A stretch of 63,819 nucleotides of DNA, counting the filler, from Reclinomonas americana ATCC 50394 (taxonomy: Eukaryota): the NCBI GenBank assembly GCA_048213135.1. It is 5 parts of 2 records of this genome, joined end to end, with 100 filler letters (N's around TTAATTAATTAA, not from the genome) between each part and the next. Parts side by side here need not be neighbours in the genome. Positions count along the whole stretch, not along the records: positions 13,839 to 36,541 come from PS015048.1; positions 36,642 to 56,065 come from PS015048.1; 3 more parts are not named here. The stretch is one strand, 5' to 3'. The notes below the pieces were generated by a model that was not told where the DNA came from, ran no database searches, and saw only the letters and a list, made by a program, of their open reading frames with translations. Positions within the stretch are counted from its first letter, which is position 1. Each line of letters starts with the position of its first letter. The position numbers and the translations under genes are program-made. Positions 24,527-36,786 of this stretch are shown here, piece after piece.

Positions 24527-25223
24527 ATGTGCCGCGCACGTGCTTCGAATTCGAGTGGGATCCGGAGGAGTGGGTGGAGGAACGTACTGCGGCCGGTGGC
24601 CATGATTGGGCAGGATTCATGATTATTCACTGGAACGCATTGAGTGTGTGTTTGTATTCATGTGTACATATAGTGAACACAGCTGTACAGAGTTTGAGTT
24701 CCTGTATCTGTGGCCAAGCATTTTTCACTGCATGCTAGCACAGGCTGATATGTGGAGGCAGCGATGCCAACCAGAGGTGCGCAGATGGGCTGCGCAGTTG
24801 TGCATATGACCTACAATAGTGCGTACGCCGCAGCTGCTGCCGCAGCCTTCTTGTGGGCAGCTCGTTGATATTCACAAATTTCACTAGGGGGGCACGCGGT
24901 GAGAACACGGTTTGAAGGGCAATGGCAGCACCCCAACGAAACAATAAGTTTGGGTACAGTACCCCCGGAAGGGAAATTTCAGAAAGCAGAAAGAGAGGAG
25001 AGGGGAAAAGAAGGCAGGGGAAGGAGACAAGAGAGGAGAGATGCGTGTGAATGAAGACAAAAAAGACTTACCACACAGTTTGCTTCTGCGCAGCATGGGA
25101 GAAAAAACGGGAGTTAGAGACCGCCTCTTCCACCCATCGTTACCCCCATCAACACACACACACACACGCACACCAGGCAAAGAGAAAGGAGAAGAAGAAG
25201 AAGAACGCAACATGAGTTTGGGC

Positions 25224-27589
25224 TTACTCCTTGGAAAATGAGTTCAAGGGTCTCTTGGACCGCTTGTTTGAGTTGGATCGGCGCTTACTCGCCGATTGCG
25301 ACCGCCCAGGTACAGATGGGGCACTCGAACCCTCACTGCGAACGACGGAAGGGAGACAGCAATGAGGACAGCCTCAACACAAAAGAGCACAATGCATGGG
25401 AGGGATCACATCCAGTGGCACGCACGGTTGCTGTTGGTGCTCGACAAGTGTTCCCGGTCGCGATGCAGCTGCAGATTGCAATTGAGCTCGACCAGTTCGA
25501 GCTGCAATCCTGGCCGATTGCCTCGTCCCTGCGGGCGGTGACGGCTCCACGACCTGCGCGAACACGTGTTGGAATGTACAAGAGAGGAATGAGAGCATTG
25601 AGAAGAGTACCTCCTCCTCCTCCTCCCCCTTCCACTCTCCGTCCTCCTCCTCCTCCTCCTCCACCACCTCCTCCTTCTTGTTCTTCCTCTTCTTCTTGGT
25701 CTTCTCCGACGTCGACTTCTTGGTCCGCTTCTTCTTCGGCTCTGTCTCCTCCTCGTCCTCCTGGTCCACCGTTGATCGGGGACGCTTGCAATTGGCGGGC
25801 AACTGCAGCGGCACACTCTGCAGCACCAAGCCGCTCAACAGAATGTTCCATGCACCGCGAGCGTCACGGAACACCGTTTTGCCTTGCAGCGGGCACCCCT
25901 CAGTGTTGCACACGATCGTCTTGTCGCTCCCCACCTTCTTCCCTGTTCCGCAACCCGGGCAGTGCATAGTTGATCCCGCCTCCGAGAGTGATAGCACCAC
26001 CAGCTCAACGAACGACGCATCCTGTTGAGATAGCACTCTCGTCTTGGCAGCCTGTGCATGCACAGACACGCGGAGAGAGAGAAAGAGAGTGAGTGAGACA
26101 GAAATCAAGTCAACTCAGTCCGTCAGCCGCTGATACACGTACACACCAGTGATTCCGCTAGCCTCTTCACCACACCAAAGCCAGAGTATTGCATCTTGAG
26201 CACAGTGTCGCGTCCGATGCATCTGTCCTGCCACTCTTTGCGATAGTCGACCCACTGTCGTTTCTGCATCATGTGCGCCATCTCCTTTGAAAATGGTGGC
26301 AGAATGAGAACCGCATTGATAATGGCCGCTCTGCGTGGTTGATATGCACAAGTGAATGAGACACCACCGCTTGCAATCACCACACCATGCTCATGCACTC
26401 ACTTGCGCACAAAGGAGACTGCGTTGTTGTAGGCAGCGGCCCGCAAACGGCGCGTGATGTTCGCCAGTCGCCGCTCAATCAACTTGCGTGCCCGCGCGTC
26501 CACAATGCGACCATACGACGCAAGCTTCCGCTGCAGCACGGACTTTTGCTGGAGTAGCGGGAAAATGACACGTGCCGCCCAATCCTTTCCATGCTCGTCG
26601 ATCGCCCAGTTCACGCCAGCACCTGTGCGCGTGACATGGCGTGAGAAATGGTGGAGAACGGGGAGGGGGAGGGAGGGGAGAGAGGAAAGGAGATGAGGGG
26701 AGAACAGCATGAAGAAGAAGAGGCCTAGGGGAGGTGATAAGAGAGAGAGAGAGAGAAGAGAGGAGAGAGGAGAAGAGGGAAGAAATGAGAAGAAACGAAA
26801 CGGAGGAAAGGCAAGGGAAGAGAAGAGGAAAGGAGAGAAGAGGAGAGATGAGCGGCGGAGTTAACAACAAGAAGAGAAAGATGAAGAAGAGATGGCGGAA
26901 AGAGAATAGAAAGAGAACGAAAGCGTATTAATAGATGAGAGAGAGAGTACGGAGGACAGGAGTGAACGATGAGAGGAAATGAGGAGAAGAAAAAGGGCGT
27001 CATTCATGCAGTCAATCCTGACACACGTACACACGCAAGAGAGCACAAAACTTCTCTGGTGCACACTCCCACATCCACTCTGCCTCCCCGCCCCATGAGA
27101 ACAACATACCAACGGTTGCCACTGTGGCGAATCTCCGCACACCATAGTCAACGCCCGACGCACAGAGCGTGAGTGCCTTCCAGATCGCTGAACCCACGTC
27201 GCACGCTTGATGGCTACCGCCGCACCGGTGAGGCGGCGATCCACACACCAAACACCGCGATACGTTGCCTTTAGCGTCGACAAAAAACGCAAAGCACATT
27301 TCATCGCTGTCAGATGCATCGGCCTCCACCGCCGGCTCCGCATCGCCGCCACCTCCACCTCCACTTCCACTTCCACTTCCGCTGCCCTGGTCATCTCCAC
27401 GTGCACCTCCACCTCCACCTCTACCTCCTGCACCACCACCGCTGTGAATGTCGGGTGGTTTCGCGCGCCTCCGTTTGCGACATCGTCCCTTGTGGCGTGC
27501 ACGCCGCCGCACTTTCGGCTGTGCTGCGTTCATCGACGAGCGGAGATTCGCCAGAACAGAAAGAAGTGTTCGCCGGGCCTTTCGCGATT
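25224..27589 (-). CDS. TnpB/Fanzor-family RuvC nuclease module (exons 27589-27110, 26622-26403, 26330-26147, 26051-25611, 25553-25426, 25335-25224)
   Basis: RuvC-I is GVDYGVRRFAT (Asp codon 27147-27149), followed by a bridge-helix region LQQKSVLQRKL...RLANITRRLR. The RuvC-II strand is VLILPPF with a relocated Glu in LSEAGSTMHCPGCG (Glu 25980-25982). The zinc finger is CPGC...CNTEGC, and RuvC-III is FRDARGAWNILL (Asp 25863-25865). Splice phases are consistent across all these introns. The tail has basic NLS-like runs (PKKKRTKK, KKKRKNKK). Confidence 0.9.
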
Positions 27590-28171
27590 CTGCACGCATG
27601 CATCAGCACATCTGATCAGTGAAACAAGTTGTCCCACACGACGTCAAGCTCACCATGCATTCGCTGCTGCCGTCGCGCAGCATAGTAATGCTGCTTCCAC
27701 GTAAGCTGGTCGCCGCGACGGGGGGCATCTGGATATGACGAGGCATGGGCGCAGCCACTTGCAAAGGCGACACCGACGTCACCGCCACCGGCACCGCGTC
27801 GATCGGCCTCTGTGCGCGGAACTTGGACGAACCGCGTCGCGCAGTCGAGGATGCCACCGACCAAGTGTGCCATGGCGCCGATTGCATCGCCGGCGACTGT
27901 GCACACCCATGCAACACGACATATGCATGAGTTTCGCAACAGAGAGATAAAGAGAGAGAGAGAGAGAGAGATTGTTGGTCACCTTCGCCGAGAATCCCAT
28001 CGGCATCCATTGCCACGCCATCGTGCATCTTGTCAGTGCGACCCCACATTAACAGCGTAGAACGTTCACTCTCGAGGGCATCTGCAATCGCGGCATTGGA
28101 TGAGCACAGAGACAGAGGGGAGGGAGAGCGAGAGAGAGGACATGGAGAAGACAAAATGACAACAAGAGTGT

Positions 28172-28221
<50 letters not shown>

Positions 28222-31200
28222 GAGCGAGAGCAAGAGAGAGAGAGAGAGCGCAACTGTTGATCCTGGTTGTTGTGGAGTTATACTCCTCAAGACGAATAAC
28301 GGCAGTTTTGATAGCCGCAAACGACCGCAGGTCCCAGCGATGGGGATTGCGTTCCAGCAATGTCCGCATCCGCTCGGGCTCCAACGCAGCCTTCCGCAGC
28401 GCCAGATCCAACAACCGAAAACTGTCGCGCTCACCGTCGTCGCTGTCGAAACGGAACGGCAACTCGCCGAGTTGTGACTGAAGCACGTTGACCGGTAGGG
28501 TGGACAACACGCCCACGATGCGATGCATCGCGCCGATGATGGTTGTTGACGATGCGAGGAACCCTGCTGGAATCGCTTGCCGCAGCTGCGCGACAGCAAA
28601 CTGAACCGGCCACGACTCCGCTGCCCTCGGCGCTTGTTGCGACGAACTGGCGGCCGAGGTTGCGGCACCCCGTTCATCGCCATCGTCCGCCTCCATCTCC
28701 TCGGTTGCGCGATTAGCTGCCCAGGACCGGTACCGCAATTCCTCGACAAGAATGCGGACGGCCTCGTCGACGACGTTGCGCGCGTATTGGAGAACCGTGG
28801 CATGGTATGCCGACACACGGGCGCGACACGAAGTTGCAGCAGGCGACTGGCCCTTCTGTGCGTCTCGCATCGCACACGCCATGTCCAGACGGTAGGTGTT
28901 CGACTCTCGCACTACAATGTCGTAATGAGAGGAGAACGACGATCTGCTGAGTTGCTCCAGAACATCGCGATGATCGTCACTCGCGCCCTCCTGGATCACT
29001 TCTGTCGCCAACGCACGCGCACACGCCAGGACCTTGTAGGTGACAAGCAAAGGGTCTCGCAGCAGCGCTGTCGCGCTGTGTTCACAGAAGCCGGATCGTC
29101 CAAGTGCATCCAGCGTCGTCAAGTATTGCTGCACCGTCCAGTCCGCAGCCTCCGGATGTGAGCGCGGCAACAGGTGCTCGCGAACAATCGGGTTCCACAG
29201 CGGCGAGTCCATCAATTGCAACTCAAGAGTGGGCGGCGGCGAGCCCGGCGGCCGCTCTCGCAATTCACGCTCCAAGGCCGACGCAACAGGAGTGGCCTGT
29301 GCCAGTGGTATCGCTTGTTTCTCGACAGNNNNNNNNNNNNNNNNNNNNGGCGAGTGGCAATGCCTCATCCACCGACGACGACGCCGACGACGACGACGAT
29401 TCGGCATCAGAAGACAATCGCGACGAGCTGGTTCCAAAGTCTGACAAGGCAGAGACAATGGCGGCCGATGCGACGGCTTTGGTGGAGGAACAAGATCAAG
29501 ATGACCTGCAGGCGGATCTTGAGGCCGACATCAGTGACGAGGAGACCGACCGAGATGGTGCGTGAACACGCATGTTAGCTGGCAGTCGACAGTCGTTCTA
29601 GATCTGAAAACCTCCTCACCTTGCGCAATTGCGCAGATGCGAGTGTTGTCGGAGATGGCCGGCTGTACGTCGCTGAATGTGATCAGCTGGCGAGAATCCA
29701 CAAGCTGCGACACCGATTGTGTCCCTCTCTCGTCGATGTGGTGCGATCTGTTGTTCAACGGTTGCCCGTGCGTGACGACGCTCCCAAGCTTAATCAAGAG
29801 GAGAAGGGAAAACAAGCATCCGGATCCACTACAGTGTCGGCCGTGGATGCGATTGCCAACATCGCCGGCATCGTGGCGAACGCGCTGGAGACTCAATTGA
29901 AGGAGGCTGCCACACGCTTGACGGTTGAAGCTGCCGCCGCCGTCGACGACGTGCCTGTGGAACGGATCGTGGAACAATTCGACTGGCTTCTGATCCAAAA
30001 TCTCGTTGCGGCAGCACCTTTGGTGACAGAAGCGGGTGCGCATGCCATGAGTGCTGGCAGTCACGGTACCGGTCGCGACATGGATGTCGATTGTGAATCG
30101 GATGCACCAAGATCACCTTCACCCTCGGCCTCGGCCTCTGAATCGCACATGGAATGCGACGGCGATGACGACAGCGGCAGTGGCGCGGCCGGCGACGACG
30201 ACGCAATGGAGGAGGAGGAGGCCCATGAGGAGGAGGAGGAGGAGGAGGAGAAGGAGGAGGAGGTGGTGGTGGTGGAGGAGGGTGCCGGTGCCGCTGACGA
30301 CGGTGATAGCGCAGCCATGGCCAGTAGCGCAGCTGGCCATGGCGCTGGTGTGGTCGAAGCGCCAGCAGCTGCGGTGGTGGCACCACAAAAAGGCGACAAT
30401 GTCACTCTTGCAGCAAAGCGAGGTACGAGCAACATGTTAACTGCAGAGATGAGATGAATGATGCACTCACTGTCTCGTGTCTCGCAGTGGAACGCGCATG
30501 TGCTTCTGCTGCGCAGGTGCTGCTTTCTCTCGAGTGTTCCAGTCGAGCATGCGCGAGACACGCTGTCGCCTCCTCACTCATGCGAGCGACNNNNNNNNNN
30601 NNNNNNNNNNNNNNNNNNNNNNNNNNNNNNNNNNNNNNNNNNNNNNNNNNNNNNNNNNNNNNNNNNNNNNNNNNNNNNNNNNNNNACTTTCAACGAGCCG
30701 ACAAAAGATTCTATGATATCATGAGCGATCGAGTGCACGGCATGAGTGAGATGCATTCACCAAGAACGACATGGAACTGGCTTGTTGCGCAACTCAGTCT
30801 GTCAAATGACTCATCGAGGGCCCTGCAAGCAGAGGTCAAGCACGACAGCAACCGGTCGGACGAGAATGCTGCTGCAGCTGCGTTCGCACTCTGCTGCAAT
30901 TGCAAGTCACGTTCTTGTGTGTGGATGGCTGACCNNNNNNNNNNNNNNNNNNNNNNNNNNNNNNNNNNNNNNNNNNNNNNNNNNNNNNNNNNNNNNNNNN
31001 NNNNNNNNNNNNNNNNNNNNNNNNNNNNNNNNNNNNNNATGATAGAGAGTGTGAGCGGCGATGTCGTCGTGCAAAAGAAACATGCAAACTCATCAACAAA
31101 CCATTGAAGATGTCCTGTGCCACGAATGCTCGCTGGACGCACTCAAAAAACGCGTCTCGCAACGACACAAGCACACTCGTNNNNNNNNNNNNNNNNNNNN

Positions 31201-34200
31201 GACCTTCGTCAATGTCTCCGAATCGGGCGCCTTGCCTAACAGCGAATCGAGGAGATGGGTTGCGGCTTCCTGAGCAATGGTGAGCTCGGACTCATCGTCA
31301 GAGGTCCAGGGAATAGCGAGAATGTCGGTGACAGCAATGTCGAACGCTGTACAAAGAGAGTGAATGCATGCAAAAGTGGATACTCAACCAAACTTGTCGA
31401 CGCGACATTACTTACCTACTCTCGCTGTTTCGTCCTCCTCCTGCAGCTGTTCCTCCTCCTCCTCCTCTTGTGCCTCCTCTTGCTCCTCCTCCTCTTCTTC
31501 CTCTCCATCATCTTCTTCCTCTCCATCTTGCTCCTCCTCTTCTGCAGCTTGTGCTACAGCAACCATGCACAGACAAGTCAAGGAGGAAAAGCTTGTGAGC
31601 ACGACACCAAACCTGCATGACAACAGCAGCGCTGCTTGCGACTCACCCCCTGCAGCTGCCCGCACGCGTCGGCGGCGCGTTGGAGCACAGATAATGCACA
31701 AGTGCAACCACCGATTCAACACGGTCACTTCCTCGAGTTGGCAACATCCCGGCCTCGCGCTCGCCGACTGATCCGCGGGCAGCAGGACCAGAGAACTGTT
31801 CGACAAGCTCGTCAAAGGGTGGTCGAACGCCAAAGCCGACCATGAACGCGTCCAATTCTGCGGCATACACGGCAGCTCGCTCTTCGGCAGCGACACCACC
31901 GCTTCCGCCATGTCGACGACGAATGGTGAGGCACTGAAGGTACCGCACGAATCGCGTCCACACTTGCTGAGCGTCACAAGTTGCGTTAAAGGTCGGATGA
32001 ATCGTATTCTGAATCGCACAACATGCACAGTCAGTCACAATACCCCAACGTGCAAGAACGAGACGCAACAGCAACCGACCAGCAGATCGCGCTCAACATC
32101 GTGCAAATCCTGTTCTCCGAGCAGAATGAGCACTTGAGTTAGAGGCGGTCGGCTCTCGGCGTTGCCGTCTTTGTCGCCAGCAGCGACGGGGGCGGGGGCG
32201 GCAGCAGTGGCGGCGACAGCAGGGGCGGCAGCAGTGGATGCGACAGCAGCTGCCGAGTCGACATGTACGTCGGTAACGCGAAGTTCCGAATTCACGCTCT
32301 TCTGCTTCTTCGCGCCTTTCAGCTTCTTCGCCTTAATTCGCACAGTTGGCGGCGTGCCGCGCTCGGCACCGCGTGCGACTGCGCGCCCCTGCGTGTGTTC
32401 GGCACCAAGCGATGACTGCGAAATACTATTGGAGAACACTCGCACGCCATGTAGATGTGCGTTGGAGACACTGCACAACACAACAGAAAACAGTGAGAAA
32501 TCAAAACCGTACGCGTTCAATGCACTGCATTGTAGTACGCAACAGCAGCCTGCCATTGTCACCAATGTGGAGAGCGACAAGGAGGTAGCGACCACGGCTA
32601 TTCCTCGCGAGGAAATGCGCCGCGTCAGCCCCACCATCGAACACGAAGCCACCTTGTGTGATGCTGTTCATGGAATGCACAGTCAGACTCTCCACAGCGT
32701 GAAGAGCACACATCGACGCATCACGATCCCCTCGCGCACCGCACAGAATCGTCGGTGCCGCTCTTTCCGTGGCCGGGAGAGAACGTGACTGCTTTCTCAT
32801 CAATACGTATTTTCACGCGCCGCGGAGTGCTGGAAAAATTAGTGAGCCCGACTGATACACTGTGTGTGTCAAGTTGGTGAGAATGGTGCAAATGGAAATG
32901 CGCTAGCGCTAACCAAGCGTACCCCTTCGATCCTTTCTTCTTGTTTCGCGCGTTGGTTGCGGCTGTCTTGGCAGCAGCACGGCATTCCATGCCAATTGCA
33001 AGCTGCTCGAGCATTTGTTTTATACCCGTCGGTGTGATCTTCGCGACCGCGAGAGGCGACTCGCTGCACAGAAAAATGCATGCAGAAGAGTTGGACAATG
33101 CAAGAAAGCCACAAACACTCTCTCACGCTCTTCTCATCCTCTTCCCAGGCATGCAGCAGAGAGTAAATGTTGACATTCAGAAGCGTGGTTGTAGAGAACA
33201 AAACAAAGTGACGAGAGGGAGAGGGAGAGAGATAGAGAGGGAGAGGGAGGAGCGAGAGGAAGGGAGGTGTATGATAGAGGCGCTGGCCGGCATGGAGGGA
33301 GAACAAAAAACAAAGTGACGCGTCGACGGGAGAGAGAGAGAAAGAACAGAGAGGGAAAATAATACAATGGACGCTTGAGATATATATCGATAAGAGGAGC
33401 TAAGCGAGAGAGAGAGAGAGAGAGAGAGAAANNNNNNNNNNNNNNNNNNNNNNNNNNNNNNNNNNNNNNNNNNNNNNNNNNNNNNNNNNNNNNNNNNNNN
33501 NNNNNNNNNNNNNNNNNNNNNNNNNNNNNNNNTCGTCCTCTGAGCTGCGATTCTGCCATCCCTCTCGTGTCACCACTTGCCTCTCATCTCCACCCCTCCC
33601 GCCTCTAGAATGATGCGTACCTCAAGTCGTCGACGTCGAGACGCACACCAACCGCGAGGGAAAACTGACCNNNNNNNNNNNNNNNNNNNNNNNNNNNNNN
33701 NNNNNNNNNNNNNNNNNNNNNNNNNNNNNNNNNNNNNNNNNNNNNNNNNNNNNNNNNNNNNNNNNNNNNNNNNNNNNNNNNNNNNNNNNNNNNNNNNNNN
33801 NNNNNNNNNNNNNNNNNNNNNNNNNNNNNNNNNNNNNNNNNNNNNNNNNNNNNNNNNNNNNNNNNNNNNNNNNNNNNNNNNNNNNNNNNNNNNNNNNNNN
33901 NNNNNNNNNNNNNNNNNNNNNNNNNNNNNNNNNNNNNNNNNNNNNNNNNNNNNNNNNNNNNNNNNNNNNNNNNNNNNNNNNNNNNNNNNNNNNNNNNNNN
34001 NNNNNNNNNNNNNNNNNNNNNNNNNNNNNNNNNNNNNNNNNNNNNNNNNNNNNNNNNNNNNNNNNNNNNNNNNNNNNNNNNNNNNNNNNNNNNNNNNNNN
34101 NNNNNNNNNNNNNNNNNNNNNNNNNNNNNNNNNNNNNNNNNNNNNNNNNNNNNNNNNNNNNNNNNNNNNNNNNNNNNNNNNNNNNNNNNNNNNNNNNAAC

Positions 34201-36104
34201 ACGGGGGGAAGCATCCAGCGAGACACTACCATCGTCGCCGGCAACCACAGCCGTCTTCGACAAGGCAAGTATCGAAACGACGCCAAGCATAGCCAATGTG
34301 GGACGACTGAGGGAGCCGATGTGGGGCGAGAGAAGCCGCATGAAATGGCAGGCGGACCGGAAAAACGACGAAGGACTCTTGGTAAGCTTGCTGACAATGG
34401 CGGCTGCGTCAATGACATTGGAGACGCCCATCTCCGGCACCGGCGACGCGGCAATCTCCCCTCCTGATTGACTCGCTCTGATATCGATCACACCGGTTTG
34501 TTCAAGCTGTGGTGGGACGCATGCAGCTGCAGTGATGAGCGACACCAAGACAGACTATATAGCAATTGCTAGACAATCTCTACATGCGCGCACCCAGCCA
34601 TTGAATGTCGACCGCGAATCCTCATCTATGTAGCCGCTCTGGCGAGCACAATCGATGCAAGTCATCATGAACTGAATGTCACCAGCACACATCCCGTGCG
34701 ACAGGGTGTACGGTGACATGAAGCATTGCGAGCTGCGGGAGACTGCCGACACCAGACGCTCGAGCACACAGCGCGCGACAAATGCTCGCGCGTCCCCGTC
34801 ACCACTCAGAGCTTNNNNNNNNNNNNNNNNNNNNTACGTACAAGAAAAAAAGTAAGTTGTACTGCAGGACAAAGACGTCAGACTACGTACTATCTCGCAC
34901 ACGCACCAAGCAACGATGCACCGGTCGTGCCCCTTTTGCACACCGCGGCAAGCCTCACGGAGGGCACCGGCAGCACCACCGATCGATTTAGCATCGAACA
35001 CAGGCATGCCCCACTTGCGGCGCTCAGCTGCCTGATCCTTGCTCGCCTCCAGTGCCTGCCGCATTCTCTCGACGTGCTCATAGGCCACAAACTCCTCGCA
35101 CAATAGGAGGGCAACCAGCCAGTTGGCGTCCATCGTACCGAGAGCACTCTCGACCAATTCGGCGACGCGTACCGAGGCGTCTTTGAACGCATTGATGATG
35201 CTTGTAAACGCAATGTCGAGGTCTTGCAGGTATGCCGTCAACTGCGCTCCGTGTTGCTGCTGTTCAGGGCCATCACTGCGGACCAACAATCCTGATTAGC
35301 ATCGGGTGCTGAGACGACTTCTCGCAGCGTGCTCACCTCACACGCGCACGTACGTGTACGCACAGCAGGAACAGCTGTACCATCGATTGCGCCAGTGTGG
35401 GGTACAGGGACCGCTTGGCACCACGCGGTTTGCCAGTAGGAAGCAGCACGAAGGGAAGCGCTGGTGGTGGGAACAATAAGCGAGTGGTTTCCTCGTCGTG
35501 CTCCCACCCGTCTTGCTTGAGGAGACCTGCACGCACGAATCATGCAACACACACGTACATGTGTCAGAGCGCGTAAACATGTGCACACACATGAACGCGC
35601 TGCCGCAGCGGCGCTCACCTTTCGAAAAGTAGGCTTAAGGTCGAAGATCAAAATGTGTGCGACACGACACCACAGTGTCGCTGAGCTCAGCGTACAAGCC
35701 GCCTCTTTCGCACGCCGACGACGCAATGCTGTCGACCTCAGCCCTCTGTGAACGTCGGTTGGCGCGCGCCGGTGTGAGTAAGACGCGACATTGCGCGCGC
35801 AATTCGCAGCGAACTCGACACACACCACCATCGATATGCACGAGCTGTCAGAGAGCATGTGTAAGCACTCGTCCTCGCCTTGGCCCGGGGTGAGTTTGAG
35901 TGCGGCGACAACGGTGTCGCAAGACAGAGTGGCGAGCGTGTTCCTCATCGCACCCGCTGCCAGCGCATCAACTGTTTTGGCAACGTGCAAGAAAGAAGAC
36001 GCGTTCACCGGTTGTACATCGAGATCGGCGTCGGTGCCCTCATCATCATCATCATCATGAGTGCGTGTGTCTGTGTCTGTGCTGCGAGACCCAGACGCGC
36101 TCAT
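27590..36104 (-). CDS. N-terminal ~2,000 aa of the same Fanzor-like gene (segment 29349-30590 is on an inverted contig)
   Basis: Exons 29328-28255, 28081-27983 and 27896-27654 splice in phase into the RuvC-I exon with no gap. Upstream contigs join in frame (30686->29349 KV|ASGN; 31201->31180 TKV|TSVL; 34198->33670 PRV|GQFS). TnpB-like motifs are KRSLYPTLAQ (~35387-35416), TPTGIKQM..AATNARNKKKG (~33035-32930) and HFLARNSRGRYLL (~32620-32580). A few junctions need a 1-nt adjustment or an alternative splice site. Confidence 0.62.
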
Positions 36105-36786
36105 TGCGCACACCCAGTGCGCGCGAAGTCGTCCTGTAGTACTCTCGTCGGTTTGTCCGAGGCGTGCGGCAAGTTGCGGAGGGAGAGGAGAGGGGAGAGG
36201 GAGGAGAGAGAGGGAGGAGAGAGAGAGGGATCCGGAGGAGAGAGAGAGAGAGAGAGAGAAAAGACAAGGAGATTGCTTGTGAGAGAGAAAGAGAGAACCA
36301 TCATGTACGCGACGAGCTCGCAGTTGCAAAGTCGCTTATCCTCCCGGCCACGACAACATGTTGGGTCAAGCTTAACAAGCACAGTTGTATTTCTTCATTC
36401 ATGGTTCTTCTTCCTCTCTCTCCCTCCCTCTCATTCTCATCATCCCACCCCTTCGTTTCCTCTTACAAAAGAACACATGTACACCGCAGACACAGACACG
36501 TCCACGAAACAAAGGCAATGTCTGTCGACAAATTAAAACAANNNNNNNNNNNNNNNNNNNNNNNNNNNNNNNNNNNNNNNNNNNNTTAATTAATTAANNN
36601 NNNNNNNNNNNNNNNNNNNNNNNNNNNNNNNNNNNNNNNNNAGTCACGACGACGCAAGAGTGGATGATAAATGAAAACAAAAAAGTGAAAACGCAAAGAA
36701 GGAAGAAAACCCCCAAGTGAACAGAAAAAACACACCACACAACCGTGCCACCGCCACCCACACCACACCACACCACACAGCGGTGT

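Noticed and set aside
26650-27000. Purine-rich tract encoding Arg/Glu-rich or Leu/Ser-rich ORFs
   Set aside because: It is low-complexity sequence inside the 27109-26623 intron of the Fanzor gene.
35338-35592. Cys-rich frame (LAYCSHHQRFPSCC...WYSCSCC) as a zinc-finger exon of the large gene
   Set aside because: It cannot be spliced in phase to the next exon at 35291. The alternative frame containing KRSLYPTLAQ does join in phase.
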